Shown: piece after piece, positions 8,670 to 19,924 of the stretch | How positions within the stretch are numbered: the stretch's first letter is position 1 | Layout of the letters: the number at the start of each line of letters is the position of its first letter | Assembly (NCBI GenBank): GCA_943350175.1 | Contig: CALQZX010000001.1 | Location: 21,818 to 85,817 of the forward strand | Direction of reading: 5' to 3' | Origin: Parcubacteria group bacterium | GTDB taxonomy: Bacteria > Patescibacteriota > Microgenomatia > UBA1400 > PJMF01 | DNA length: 64,000 nucleotides | Notes under the pieces: generated by a model | Told to the model about the DNA's origin: nothing | The model's database searches: none | The model's input: the letters and a program-made list of their open reading frames with translations, nothing else | Made by a program: the position numbers and the translations under genes

Positions 8670-11057
8670 CTAGTCTTCTAGAGCAATCTTGATGACTTCG
8701 CTGACGTCACTAACCGGTTTGAAAGTAACCTTATCTTTGACTAGAGGTAGAATTTTTTCTAGATCGCGCTCATTTTCTTTTGGAATAATGATAATTTTGC
8801 TGCCTGCATTGTAGGCGGCAATTGCTTTTTCTTTGAGGCCGCCTATGCGTAGCACTCGACCGCGCAAAGTGACTTCTCCGGTCATGGCAACATCTCGGCG
8901 CACTGGTTTTTTGGTAAAAGCAGAGACCAGGGCTGTAGTAATAGTCACACCAGCAGAAGGACCATCTTTTGGCACTGCTCCCTCTGGAACATGGATGTGA
9001 ACATTGGATTTGTTGATTAGATCGATGTTAATGCCTAATTCTTTATGATGTGAGCTGACGTAAGTTAGAGCGGCTTGAGCTGATTCTTTCATGACTTCGC
9101 CGAGTTTGCCGGTTAGTCTGATCTGGCCTTTGCCGGGTGAAAGAGCAACCTCAATGAATAAAACATCGCCGCCAACGCTGGTCCAGGCTAAGCCAGTGGC
9201 CAAGCCAACCTGACTCTTCTCTTCAGTCAGACTCTCGTCAAAAACTTCAGGACCGAGATATTTCTTGAGTTTTTTCTGATCGATGACAACTTTTTTTTGC
9301 TTGGTTTCTAATAATTCACGAACGACCTTACGCATGATTTTATTGATTTGTCTTTCCAAATCTCTAACTCCAGCCTCTTTAACGTAGTTTTTGATAATTT
9401 TTTGGAGAATTTCATCATCAATTTCAACCTCGCTCTTTTTCAGAGCATTAGCAGTAATTGCCTTGGCCAAAAGATAGCGTTTGGCGATCTGGAATTTTTC
9501 TTGTGCGGTGTATCCGTAATATGGAATGATTTCTAAGCGGTCGAGCAAGGCATCTGGAATAGTCTCCAGAGTATTGGCGGTAGCGATGAACAGAACATTG
9601 GACAAATCAAAAGGAATATCCAAGTAATGATCTTCAAAAGCGTGGTTTTGCTCTGGATCTAGTACTTCCAGAAGAGCTGAGCTTGGATCGCCACGGAAGT
9701 CATTGCCTAATTTATCGATTTCATCGAGCATGAAAACAGGATTAACAGTCTTAGCATTGGAAATGGCTTTGATGATTCTGCCTGGCATAGCGCCGACATA
9801 AGTACGGCGGTGACCTCTGATCTCAGCTTCATCACGCACGCCACCTAGAGAAATCTTGGTGAAGTCGCGACCTAGAGCAGCAGCAATTGAATGGCCAATG
9901 CTAGTCTTACCAACTCCAGGAGGGCCGACGAAACATAAAATAGTGGGAATATTCTGACTTTTTTGTGGCTGAGTTTTGCCAGGAATTAGGGAGGCTTTTT
10001 GTTTTTGCTTGAGTTGCAGGACAGACATGTATTCCAAGACACGGTCTTTGACGTCATCGAGGCCATAATGGTCTTTGTCTAGAATTTCAGCAGCTTTTTT
10101 AATATCAATCTTTTTATTTTTGAATTTGCCAAAAGGTAATTCCAAAATTAAGTCCAGCCAATTGCGAATGTATGAACCCTCTGGATTATTGGGCGACATT
10201 TGTTCGAGTTTTTTGATTTCTTTCTTGACGCGTTTGGCAGTTTCGAGAGGTAACTTGGCTTTTTTTAGTTTGCCTTCATATTCGCTGATAATCTCTTCTT
10301 CGTCATCTAATTCACCAAGTTCTTTTTGGATGGTTTGCATGCGCTCGCGCAAAATGCTCTCGCGCATATGTTTGTCAAATTTGGCTTGGGTTTTTTTGGA
10401 GACGTCTTTTTCAATCTCCAAGACGTTAATTTCTTTGGATAAATAGAAAATGATTTTACTGATTCTTTTTTTGACTTCCGTCATTTCTAGAATTTCTTGT
10501 TTTTCTTTGGTGGAGAGAGTCAGGGTGCTGGCGACCTGGTCGGCCATTTCGCCTTCGTTAACGCCACTTAGGAGTTTGATGAAATTCAAAAATTCAATTT
10601 GTTTACCCATTTGGACGGTTTGCTTGAATAATTTTTGCAATTGATTACTAAGGGCGGTCAACTCAGCATCTTTTTTAAAAAGATCGTAGATTTTTTCTAC
10701 ACTAGCCATAATAAATGGTTTTTCTTGGACAAAGTTTTGCACTATTACTCTACCGACACCGCGCACTAAGGCACTAACGCTGTCACCAGTGGTGAGAGTT
10801 TTTTCGATGATAGCCAAGGTGCCAATTTGGTAAAGGTCGCTACTTTTGGGACGTTCTAGATTGGATTTCTTTTGAGTGAGAAGAACGACGTATTTGCCAT
10901 CGCCTTTGCCTTCATTAATTGCTGCTAGAGAAAGCTTGCGGCCGAAAGTAAGAACTGACTCCGTGGAAGGAAAAAGAACGCCTTCGCGAATGGGAATAAC
11001 TGGCAAAGTAAGTTGGCTGGTGGGTAGGGATTTAGGAGTTAAGATATCTTTTGACAT
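8670..11057 (-). CDS. lon: ATP-dependent protease La (Lon)
   Basis: N-terminal LON substrate-binding domain, AAA+ Walker A (GPPGVGKTS) and Walker B (MLDEIDK), C-terminal protease domain with DGPSAG catalytic serine motif. 795 aa. Confidence 0.92.
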   Translation of the reverse strand: MSKDILTPKSLPTSQLTLPVIPIREGVLFPSTESVLTFGRKLSLAAINEGKGDGKYVVLLTQKKSNLERPKSSDLYQIGTLAIIEKTLTTGDSVSALVRGVGRVIVQNFVQEKPFIMASVEKIYDLFKKDAELTALSNQLQKLFKQTVQMGKQIEFLNFIKLLSGVNEGEMADQVASTLTLSTKEKQEILEMTEVKKRISKIIFYLSKEINVLEIEKDVSKKTQAKFDKHMRESILRERMQTIQKELGELDDEEEIISEYEGKLKKAKLPLETAKRVKKEIKKLEQMSPNNPEGSYIRNWLDLILELPFGKFKNKKIDIKKAAEILDKDHYGLDDVKDRVLEYMSVLQLKQKQKASLIPGKTQPQKSQNIPTILCFVGPPGVGKTSIGHSIAAALGRDFTKISLGGVRDEAEIRGHRRTYVGAMPGRIIKAISNAKTVNPVFMLDEIDKLGNDFRGDPSSALLEVLDPEQNHAFEDHYLDIPFDLSNVLFIATANTLETIPDALLDRLEIIPYYGYTAQEKFQIAKRYLLAKAITANALKKSEVEIDDEILQKIIKNYVKEAGVRDLERQINKIMRKVVRELLETKQKKVVIDQKKLKKYLGPEVFDESLTEEKSQVGLATGLAWTSVGGDVLFIEVALSPGKGQIRLTGKLGEVMKESAQAALTYVSSHHKELGINIDLINKSNVHIHVPEGAVPKDGPSAGVTITTALVSAFTKKPVRRDVAMTGEVTLRGRVLRIGGLKEKAIAAYNAGSKIIIIPKENERDLEKILPLVKDKVTFKPVSDVSEVIKIALED

Positions 11058-11068
11058 GTTTCACTCTG

Positions 11069-11145
11069 TGGTGGGTGTGCTTGGAATCGAACCAAGGACC
11101 TCAGTCTTATCAGGACTGCGCTCTAACCATCTGAGCTACACACCC
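11069..11145 (-). tRNA. tRNA-Ile (anticodon GAT), CCA encoded
   Basis: Reverse complement GGGTGTGTAGCTCAGATGGTTAGAGCGCAGTCCTGATAAGACTGAGGTCCTTGGTTCGATTCCAAGCACACCCACCA folds as a canonical cloverleaf. Near-identical to bacterial tRNA-Ile(GAU). Confidence 0.85.
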
Positions 11146-11344
11146 TATTTATCGACAAGGGTATATTTTAGCACACCTGATATATTTTTTAAGACTTATT
11201 TTCTAGTTTTTTAATAAGTGTTTCTGTTGCTGAAATTTTAGCACTGTTTTTGAAAATTAGCAATCATGTGATTACTCTGCTAATTTGGTCTTGAAAATAG
11301 AAAAATTGATATATCAGGATATATTTTGATATGTTTTGATATAT

Positions 11345-12682
11345 TTAATTTATGATTTGCCAATCACTGTAATAAGAAGTACCTCCCTGAAGTGGCCAGT
11401 TAGCTAGCTCATTGACGGTGTTGTTGATCAAATCAACAAAAACTAAGTATCGTTTTAAATCTTCTTCTTTCCTATCCACTTTGGTTGTTGAAAAGTGATC
11501 TCTACAAACTGTAACAAAGTGATTCTCATCTAGCCACTGGGTTCCAAGTAAATATTCTCCGCAATCCCCTGAAAAAACAATTTGTTTATGTTTTGCCGAT
11601 CGGAAATTAAAAACAAATAAAGTATTTGGACCATCATTTATTGGCCTTCTTGAATAGAGAAATTTTGATTCATTTGGAGAAATAGAAAAGATCGAATCAA
11701 TCTCAAACTTCAGTGGTTTAATGAAATCAGGATCATTGCTATGATAAAGAATTTTTGTAATTCTGGTGTCAAGATCATATAAAAACAATGGCTCATCGAT
11801 CTTGGTATATCTGCTCATGATTATGGCATTGGATTTTGTCAAATAACTTCCGTAAACCCCATATTCAATGTTGTTTTGAATAACATTGTTAATAGTAGAG
11901 ATTTGTTTTGTATCCAAATTTAACATTTTAATTTTGTAGGTTAATGTTGGATTAAAACCTTGGTCATGAGTGACAAAATACAATTTATTAGTACTTGAGT
12001 TATATGTTGGATAAAATGACAGATCAGTTAGATAGGTATTGCTTCCATCATCTAAATCATACAGATAATATCCACTTCTAATGCCTTCTTCCTTGATTAC
12101 AGCGCAATTACCATAGGGACAATCACTGTAAAAACTAGCATAATAAATTATTTGAGAATCATCTGGAGAAATCCATGGATGTAGATCGAATCTTATATCT
12201 AAATTTATATCTGACTTGAGTTCTATGTTTATCATGTATTCTGCGACCAAGTTGTCGCTTAAGTTTTTGACAAAAAACCTTCTATCATCTGTGAGCTTAT
12301 TAGTAAAAAAAACCCTTTGACTGTATGGGCGTTTAGCCATTGATCCAAAATTGGAAAAAGACCCAGATGTAGTCAACTCAGTTATTGTTCCATCCAAAGA
12401 AACTAGATGCGCTTTTAGCACTTGGCCGTCAGATTCAAAATTGGTGATCAGAATTTGAGCTTCACCTAAATGTTTTTGATTGATTTTATTAGAAAAGATG
12501 AAAAAACATGCAACTATTATTACTAACAACAAAAACGAGAGTAAAATTACAAATTGCTTTTTCATAATGGTTTCAAGTTTACGATATTTATTAAAACATA
12601 AACCTAAAAAAGTCGCCATGATCGATGTGTTTTCTTGAGCAATAAAAAAACCGCTCAAAAAAGCGGCTTCACAGAAATTCAA
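11345..12682 (-). CDS. Membrane-anchored beta-propeller-like protein (TolB/PD40-like repeats), hypothetical
   Basis: Likely true start at internal MKKQFVILLSFLLLVIIV (about 12565). Single N-terminal TM, then repeated motifs (DDSQIIYYASF, ESKFLYSRR, NKLYFVT) reminiscent of PD40/WD40-like blades. Sits between the 16S gene and tRNA-Ile. Confidence 0.4.
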   Translation of the reverse strand: MNFCEAAFLSGFFIAQENTSIMATFLGLCFNKYRKLETIMKKQFVILLSFLLLVIIVACFFIFSNKINQKHLGEAQILITNFESDGQVLKAHLVSLDGTITELTTSGSFSNFGSMAKRPYSQRVFFTNKLTDDRRFFVKNLSDNLVAEYMINIELKSDINLDIRFDLHPWISPDDSQIIYYASFYSDCPYGNCAVIKEEGIRSGYYLYDLDDGSNTYLTDLSFYPTYNSSTNKLYFVTHDQGFNPTLTYKIKMLNLDTKQISTINNVIQNNIEYGVYGSYLTKSNAIIMSRYTKIDEPLFLYDLDTRITKILYHSNDPDFIKPLKFEIDSIFSISPNESKFLYSRRPINDGPNTLFVFNFRSAKHKQIVFSGDCGEYLLGTQWLDENHFVTVCRDHFSTTKVDRKEEDLKRYLVFVDLINNTVNELANWPLQGGTSYYSDWQIIN

Positions 12683-13012
12683 AAAAATCTCAAGAATAAA
12701 GATCGAAAGTAAACAGTAGACTTGTAACGAAATAAAATCATTGTTCCTTAACTTATCTTTTAGTTGTTTTATGATCTTTTCTTCTTCCTCAAGTAGACCA
12801 AGCTACTATCGTCATCAGAAAAAGACCAAAACATCCTAAAATCTAAGCTAATTAATCAATTATTTTATTTCGTTACAAGTCTTCAATTAGATATAAATAC
12901 GGTGACAGAAAGTGAGACCTAGACACAGGGTCATAGGATTTGTTTTTTATTTCATCTAGGTCACCCTAGATGGGAGAAGGAGGTCGTGAAAAAACCCCTA
13001 CCCATTCTCCTT

Positions 13013-14492
<1,480 letters not shown>

Positions 14493-14895
14493 AAGTTTGA
14501 TTAGCTCTAAAAAACTTTTAACTACTCATTAAATCCGAAGATCTTTTTGATAAGCAAAAGCAAAATTTACTAAAAAATTGACGGACTTTTCCCTTGCGAG
14601 AAAAATCCTTGCACACTTTCTATCACTATAATTATTTCCAATTGACTGTTTACTTTTTAAAGATCTTTTGACTCAACTTAGTTTGGCCGCAAACAAAAAA
14701 AAGGAGAGAAAAACTTGTTAGCTTTCCTTTTTTATCTAAGCGCTGAGTAATTTTATTCTTAGTCAGAACAAAATCGTTGAGTGGGAGTTATTCTAAGGGC
14801 AAGTTTATGAAAAGACAATAGTCAATCTAGGGCAATTTACAGATTGCTTTGCAAGCAGTTATTCTTATTTTGCTGCAACTCTATTATACTTTTGT

Positions 14896-15621
14896 TTGAG
14901 ACCTATGCCTGCCATTAAACATGCAGTTCTATTGACGATGAGTGTTCTTGGAGCGTACTTGTATCTGCAAGTGCCTTTTTTGAGATACTACTCTCTGCAG
15001 GTTTTTGCCCTGATTAGCATTTTTTATTTAATATTACAAAAAAAACAAAGAGGCAGTGTTCATTTGATTCTTCCTGAAAACTCTTCTGCCAATCTGGCTT
15101 TGATTAATTTTGCCTTTTTACTATTAACTGGTTCCAGCGGCTCGCTTGCCTCACCTTTTTTTGCCATCACTTTTATCGAGCTTTTTTTCTTGGCTTTGGC
15201 TGCTCCCACTAAGACTTCTCTATTAGTTGCTTTGGAAATTATGGTTTTTCATTTTAGTTTAAGTATTGCCGTGAGTAGTAATTTTGCTTTATCTACTGCT
15301 GAATTATCTAATTTATTGGCTTTACCACTAGTAATGATCTTTTATCTTTTTGCCAAAGACCAATATCAGAAGGCTTATCATAATTCCCTATTGATTGACG
15401 CTGAGGAGAGAGAATTGAATAGGGCTCAAAGTGATGATCAAGCAGTGGCAGAATTTATTTCTTCTCTCATTAACAGACGCTTGCCGATGCTGGAATTTTT
15501 ACTAAGTTTTCCAGACAAGAACAAGACAGCAATTGAAGGTGAAGTCAAAATTCTTAAAAGAGACTTGAGCACTTTGACTCGTCGTATTGATAAAAAAAAT
15601 CAAGAAGAAGATGAAATCTAA
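14896..15621 (+). CDS. Hypothetical polytopic membrane protein with C-terminal coiled-coil tail
   Basis: Six or so hydrophobic helices, then a charged C-terminus (AEERELNRAQSDD...EVKILKRDLSTLTRRIDKKNQEEDEI). Confidence 0.35.
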   Translation: MRPMPAIKHAVLLTMSVLGAYLYLQVPFLRYYSLQVFALISIFYLILQKKQRGSVHLILPENSSANLALINFAFLLLTGSSGSLASPFFAITFIELFFLALAAPTKTSLLVALEIMVFHFSLSIAVSSNFALSTAELSNLLALPLVMIFYLFAKDQYQKAYHNSLLIDAEERELNRAQSDDQAVAEFISSLINRRLPMLEFLLSFPDKNKTAIEGEVKILKRDLSTLTRRIDKKNQEEDEI

Positions 15622-16336
15622 AATTATATTTTTTCTATTTTTCTGCTTCATATTTTCTCCTCAAGTTTCGGCTGAAAATATGGAATCCAACTCCTATAAA
15701 ATTCAATTTGGAAATTTCAACATGTCTTCTGGTAAAAAAACCAGCGGAACTTATGCTCTATCCGATACCATGGGTGGCCTGGCAGTTGGGCCTTATGGTC
15801 AATATGGGAGCACTAATTATTTTATTGGTAGCGGTTTTCAATATGTTTACCAAATAGATTATTTCAATTTTAGTATTTCAAAACTCAATATTGAGCTGGG
15901 AGAGCTTTTTACAGGTAGTTTTGGAACAGACTCCCACACCATTTCCATCACAACAACAGGAGCTAGTGGCTATAACGTTTATGCCTTTGAGAATCATCCT
16001 CTAAAATTAAGCACCGGCACTGAAACTATTAATGACACCACTTGCGATTCTAATGACTGTGATGAAACCATCGCTGCTTCCTGGACAAATCCAGCGCAAG
16101 CTGGTTTTGGCTTTAATGTTAGTGGGACTGGAGCGGCCACTGATTTTATTAATGCTAATTATTTCCGTCAGTTTGCTAATAATGAAGCGAGTGAAAGTAT
16201 GCAGCAAATTATGGGTTCAGCCAATGTAGCTTTAAATAGTACGGCGACAGTTAATTACAAGGCCTCTATGCCAGGCAATCAAGCTAGTGGCAATTATCAA
16301 ACTAGCATCGTTTTTGTGGCGGTACCTGGGTATTAA
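15611..16336 (+). CDS. Small secreted protein (signal peptide), first gene of surface-protein cluster
   Basis: ORF track starts at 15587; the likely start is MKSKIIFFLFFCFIFSPQVSA at 15611. Gly/Ser/Asn/Tyr-rich beta-type sequence. Position and size are analogous to small WxL/CscB-like proteins, but no WxL motif was seen. Confidence 0.4.
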   Translation: MKSKIIFFLFFCFIFSPQVSAENMESNSYKIQFGNFNMSSGKKTSGTYALSDTMGGLAVGPYGQYGSTNYFIGSGFQYVYQIDYFNFSISKLNIELGELFTGSFGTDSHTISITTTGASGYNVYAFENHPLKLSTGTETINDTTCDSNDCDETIAASWTNPAQAGFGFNVSGTGAATDFINANYFRQFANNEASESMQQIMGSANVALNSTATVNYKASMPGNQASGNYQTSIVFVAVPGY

Positions 16337-16347
16337 AATAAATAATT

Positions 16348-17403
16348 ATGTTTTTAGAATTTTCAAATCAAGTCAAGCCTAGTAAATACCTTTTATTTGC
16401 TTTGTTTTTTTTGGCCATCAGCTCCAAGTTTGTCGCTGCCGCCTCAGCTCTTGATCTGAAAATTTATCCACCCACTGCCTATTTATCAGTTAAGCCTGGA
16501 GCCGGCATCAATCATCAAGTAAAATTGAAGAATGATGGTTTATACACATTGGAGATTACACCTGCCTTGGTAGACTTCCATAGTGACGACAAGTTTGGCC
16601 GAGTTGTTTTGGAGCAAAAAAGTGATTTCACTTCCCTAAATTTAGAGGGAGATAAGGATAACTGGGGCAAAAATTTTATTCTAAAGCCTGGTGAAGAAAG
16701 AATTCTTAATTTCGTTATTGCTCTGCCTTCTGATGCTAAATATGAAGAGCGCTATTTATCAATTTTATTTCAAGCCAAGCAGCTTTCTTTTGCCAGTGCC
16801 TCTTCAAAAGACACCTTGATCTCAGCTATTTTGGTCAGCAATGTGGTTGTTCTCATTGGTGGAGATGAGCAGAATCGAGGGGAACTCACAATTGAACAGT
16901 TCTATTTGCCAAAAATTGTGGACAGTTTTATCGGTTTTAGCTTTTCTGCTTTGGTTAAAAATATTGGCATTAACTCAACTCCGATCGATGGCTATATTAA
17001 AATTAGTCATTGGCCAGATCAGAACTCTGAGGTTTATGAGCTCTATCCAGATATGGTTTTGGCTGACAATACGAGATTAATCAGAGCAATGTCGGAAGAT
17101 GATCTTAAGACTCTTGAAAAGATGGAAGAAGGAAAGGGTGCTCAAATTGCTGCTGGGAATGATTATGCCAGTGTAAAAGAAAAGTTTATTAATGAAAAAT
17201 TGCGTTCTAAATTTTTTTATAAAAAGAGTTTTTTGATTGGTGCATACGATCTAGAATTGAAAGTTGGCGATGATGTTTTGCAAAAAAGAGTGATTGCTCT
17301 GCCTTTCTCTATTTTGTTAATCGTAATTCTTTTGCCGATCTTGTATTGGATTTTTGCAATGTTTGGCAGGTTTTTCAAAAAACTAGTTGACTTGAAGAGT
17401 TAA
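16348..17403 (+). CDS. Cell-surface protein, DUF916/DUF3324-like architecture (signal peptide ... C-terminal TM)
   Basis: Signal peptide; DLKIYPPTAYLSVKPGAGINHQVKLKNDGLYTLEI and FILKPGEERILNFVIALPSDAKYEERYLSILF resemble the DUF916 core pattern; C-terminal TM helix (LPFSILLIVILLPILYWIFAMF) plus basic tail. Confidence 0.4.
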   Translation: MFLEFSNQVKPSKYLLFALFFLAISSKFVAAASALDLKIYPPTAYLSVKPGAGINHQVKLKNDGLYTLEITPALVDFHSDDKFGRVVLEQKSDFTSLNLEGDKDNWGKNFILKPGEERILNFVIALPSDAKYEERYLSILFQAKQLSFASASSKDTLISAILVSNVVVLIGGDEQNRGELTIEQFYLPKIVDSFIGFSFSALVKNIGINSTPIDGYIKISHWPDQNSEVYELYPDMVLADNTRLIRAMSEDDLKTLEKMEEGKGAQIAAGNDYASVKEKFINEKLRSKFFYKKSFLIGAYDLELKVGDDVLQKRVIALPFSILLIVILLPILYWIFAMFGRFFKKLVDLKS

Positions 17404-18875
17404 TGAGGATTATTATTAAGACATATATGAATCTCAAAAAGTATTTCTTTGTCTTTTTTTTCCTTTTAGCTGGCTCTCTCGTAGCTAAAAAATATTTGAT
17501 TTCTGCTGGAGAATTTACAAGTACTTCTGCAACGCTCAATAATGCTCGTCTTTCTTTTCGAAGTGGGCTCCAGGGCACTCAGGTGACGGGTTCTTCTCTT
17601 GTGATAATCGATACCGCTAGCTATCCATCTGAATCAGTTTTGCAATTACAAAACCGCGACACGGTTTTGATTAATGATAGTGTTTACACCGTGGCAACAA
17701 CAATCGATGATGCCTCTGATGACACCTTCAATCTAACTACTGGCCTGGATGCTAGTGATGTAACCGATGATATGGGTATTTCTGCTAGTCAGTCTGCTTC
17801 GTTAACTGTCCGTCTAACCACGATTAGTGCTCTTACTGCTGGTTCGTTTCGTATCCTGGTTCCCGCTATTGGAGCCACAGCGGCTTCTCATGATGGTATT
17901 CCAGATTCTGGCGGTTTCGAGTTTGGAAATACAGATGGTACGCCAGCTTCTATTGCCTGTCCGGTGACCGCAAGTTATGGTACTTTTACCCCAACTTCCA
18001 CCAATGCTGAGTCTGCCTCCGTAACTATCGATGGAGTCAGCTATCACTCTTTTGTTTGTGCCTATAGCGGAGCGGGTGCCATTGGCACCCCATTTGATGG
18101 CAGTACGGAAGAAGCATTCATCATTTCAAATTTAATTAATCCATCGCCAAAAGTTGGCGCCTCCAATCACACCCTAGGCCAGGCTGACACTTATACTGTT
18201 ATTATTCAACAGAGAGATTCTTCTGATGCGATAATCGATCAAACAGTGACTAAAATTGGGGTAGTTGATGCGGTTAAGGTTTCTGCCTCCATTGCGCCAC
18301 AACTCACTTTTACTATTGCTGGGTTGGCTGCTAGTTCCACAGCTTGTGGAGTTTCCACTGATGTGACAACCACTGCTTTAACCGTGCCTTTTGGAGCTTT
18401 GACCATTGGCTCTTTTGTTGACGCTGCTCAAAGATTGACAGTGACAACCAATGCTATTGGTGGCTATTCAGTGACAGCAGCTGAAAATGATCAAGTAGGG
18501 CGCGAGGCGAATGCTTGTGCCACTGATGGATCTGCCAGCATTACTTGTATTATTGATAACAGTATGACTGGAGCTAGTCACACCACTTCAGCCGATTGGG
18601 TTGATGGGGCAACTTATCCTGGATTTGGTTACAGCTTGGATGCAGTTAGTGGAGGTCCTACTGTTGCCTTTTCTTTTGATGAGAGTAGTCGTGCTTTTTC
18701 AGCCAAGCAATTTGCTGATTTAGCGGCTGCAGAAGCTGTGCAAACCATTTTTACCAGAGCAACAGTGACGGCTAGTGACGTCGTAGATGTTTGCTATCGT
18801 ATCGCTCCAGCTGCCACCAACACTGCTGGAGATTATGAAAACTATCTGGTCTATACGGCCTCAGCTACTTTTTAG
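17403..18875 (+). CDS. Secreted Thr/Ser/Ala/Gly-rich beta-rich surface protein (possible WxL/CscC-like partner)
   Basis: Signal peptide, 490 aa, no TM anchor. Segments such as QLTFTIAGLAASS...LTVPFGALTIGSFVDAAQRLTVTTNAIGGYSVTAAEN resemble WxL-family N-terminal regions. Weak. Confidence 0.35.
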   Translation: MRIIIKTYMNLKKYFFVFFFLLAGSLVAKKYLISAGEFTSTSATLNNARLSFRSGLQGTQVTGSSLVIIDTASYPSESVLQLQNRDTVLINDSVYTVATTIDDASDDTFNLTTGLDASDVTDDMGISASQSASLTVRLTTISALTAGSFRILVPAIGATAASHDGIPDSGGFEFGNTDGTPASIACPVTASYGTFTPTSTNAESASVTIDGVSYHSFVCAYSGAGAIGTPFDGSTEEAFIISNLINPSPKVGASNHTLGQADTYTVIIQQRDSSDAIIDQTVTKIGVVDAVKVSASIAPQLTFTIAGLAASSTACGVSTDVTTTALTVPFGALTIGSFVDAAQRLTVTTNAIGGYSVTAAENDQVGREANACATDGSASITCIIDNSMTGASHTTSADWVDGATYPGFGYSLDAVSGGPTVAFSFDESSRAFSAKQFADLAAAEAVQTIFTRATVTASDVVDVCYRIAPAATNTAGDYENYLVYTASATF

Positions 18876-18886
18876 GTACAAAAAAT

Positions 18887-19924
18887 ATGATTAAAAACTG
18901 CCCAACCAAAAACAACAATCCAACCAAAAAAAGTAATTATTTATTTTTTATTCTTTTTTTCGCAATATCTTTTTTAAATAAGACTTTTGCCGCTGATACC
19001 ATGTCGCTCACTGCAACTCCAGTGCGCTTGGGAGATGATTTCAGCATTAGTCTTTCTCCTGGTGAAAAAAAACAAGTTCAAGTTAAAGTTCGCAATGGTT
19101 CTAGTGACACCGTGGTTTTGGAGAGTGCAGCTCTAGATTTTGTCGTGGCGAGTGATGGAGCTACTCCAGTAGTGGTTGATAAGTTGCAAGCTGACAACCG
19201 TTGGAGCTTGGCCTCTTGGTTAACTTTGGCTCCAGCAGAACATAAGTTGGCAAGTGAAGAAATCGCTGTCGTAAATGTTTTAATAGAGGTGCCAAAAGAT
19301 GCTTTGCCAGGTGGGCACTACGCAATGATTTTTCACAGACCGGTCAATTCGGCTTCTGAAGATGGTTCTGGCTCAGGAATTTCTCAGCGCGTGGGCACTT
19401 TACTTTACGTGATGGTTAAGGGAAATGTCATTGAAGAAGCTGCGATCAGCTCTTTTAATTGGCCTAAATTTCTTGAAAATGGTCCAGTCGATTTTTCTCT
19501 AAATATTGACAATCAATCGGACATTCACATTAATACGAAGCCTGTTCTCAAGGTTTACAACATCTTTGGCAAAGAAGTTGTAAATATCGAGACAGAAGCA
19601 AAAAATATTTTTCCAAAGAGTGAAAGAGCTTTTTCTGGAACCTGGAATAAAGTTTGGGGACTTGGTTATTACAAAGCTATAGTTGAAGCAACCTACGGCA
19701 ATCAGGGCAAAGTCATGACAGCTCAAGCAGGCATGTTCTTAATACCAGTCAAAATGATTTTATTAGTCCTAATCATTATCTTAATCAGCACTATTTTGTT
19801 TCTTTCGCTCAAAAAGCGTAAAGAGTCTGGGTTATTAGCTTCTACTTCTAATTCTGACTCAGATTTAGAAAAAAATCCTGAAACAAATAATGAAGAATCT
19901 GATCATCCAGAAAAAAACAATTAA
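18887..19924 (+). CDS. Cell-surface protein, DUF916/DUF3324-like (CscA-like) with C-terminal membrane anchor
   Basis: Signal peptide; SLSPGEKKQVQVKVRNGSSDTVVL and IEVPKDALPGGHYAMIFH match my memory of the DUF916 consensus (kPGqkqtlkvkv.N...; ...P..afdG...G..f); distal half fits DUF3324-like pattern; C-terminal TM MILLVLIIILISTILFLSL followed by KKRKESG charged tail. Confidence 0.45.
   Translation: MIKNCPTKNNNPTKKSNYLFFILFFAISFLNKTFAADTMSLTATPVRLGDDFSISLSPGEKKQVQVKVRNGSSDTVVLESAALDFVVASDGATPVVVDKLQADNRWSLASWLTLAPAEHKLASEEIAVVNVLIEVPKDALPGGHYAMIFHRPVNSASEDGSGSGISQRVGTLLYVMVKGNVIEEAAISSFNWPKFLENGPVDFSLNIDNQSDIHINTKPVLKVYNIFGKEVVNIETEAKNIFPKSERAFSGTWNKVWGLGYYKAIVEATYGNQGKVMTAQAGMFLIPVKMILLVLIIILISTILFLSLKKRKESGLLASTSNSDSDLEKNPETNNEESDHPEKNN

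Noticed and set aside
14578-14632. Plus-strand TTGACG ... TATAAT promoter-like hexamers upstream of 14896
   Set aside because: The spacing between candidate -35 and -10 elements is either about 43 bp or about 12 bp, neither near the canonical 17 bp, and it is 260 bp from the start codon. Not supportable.
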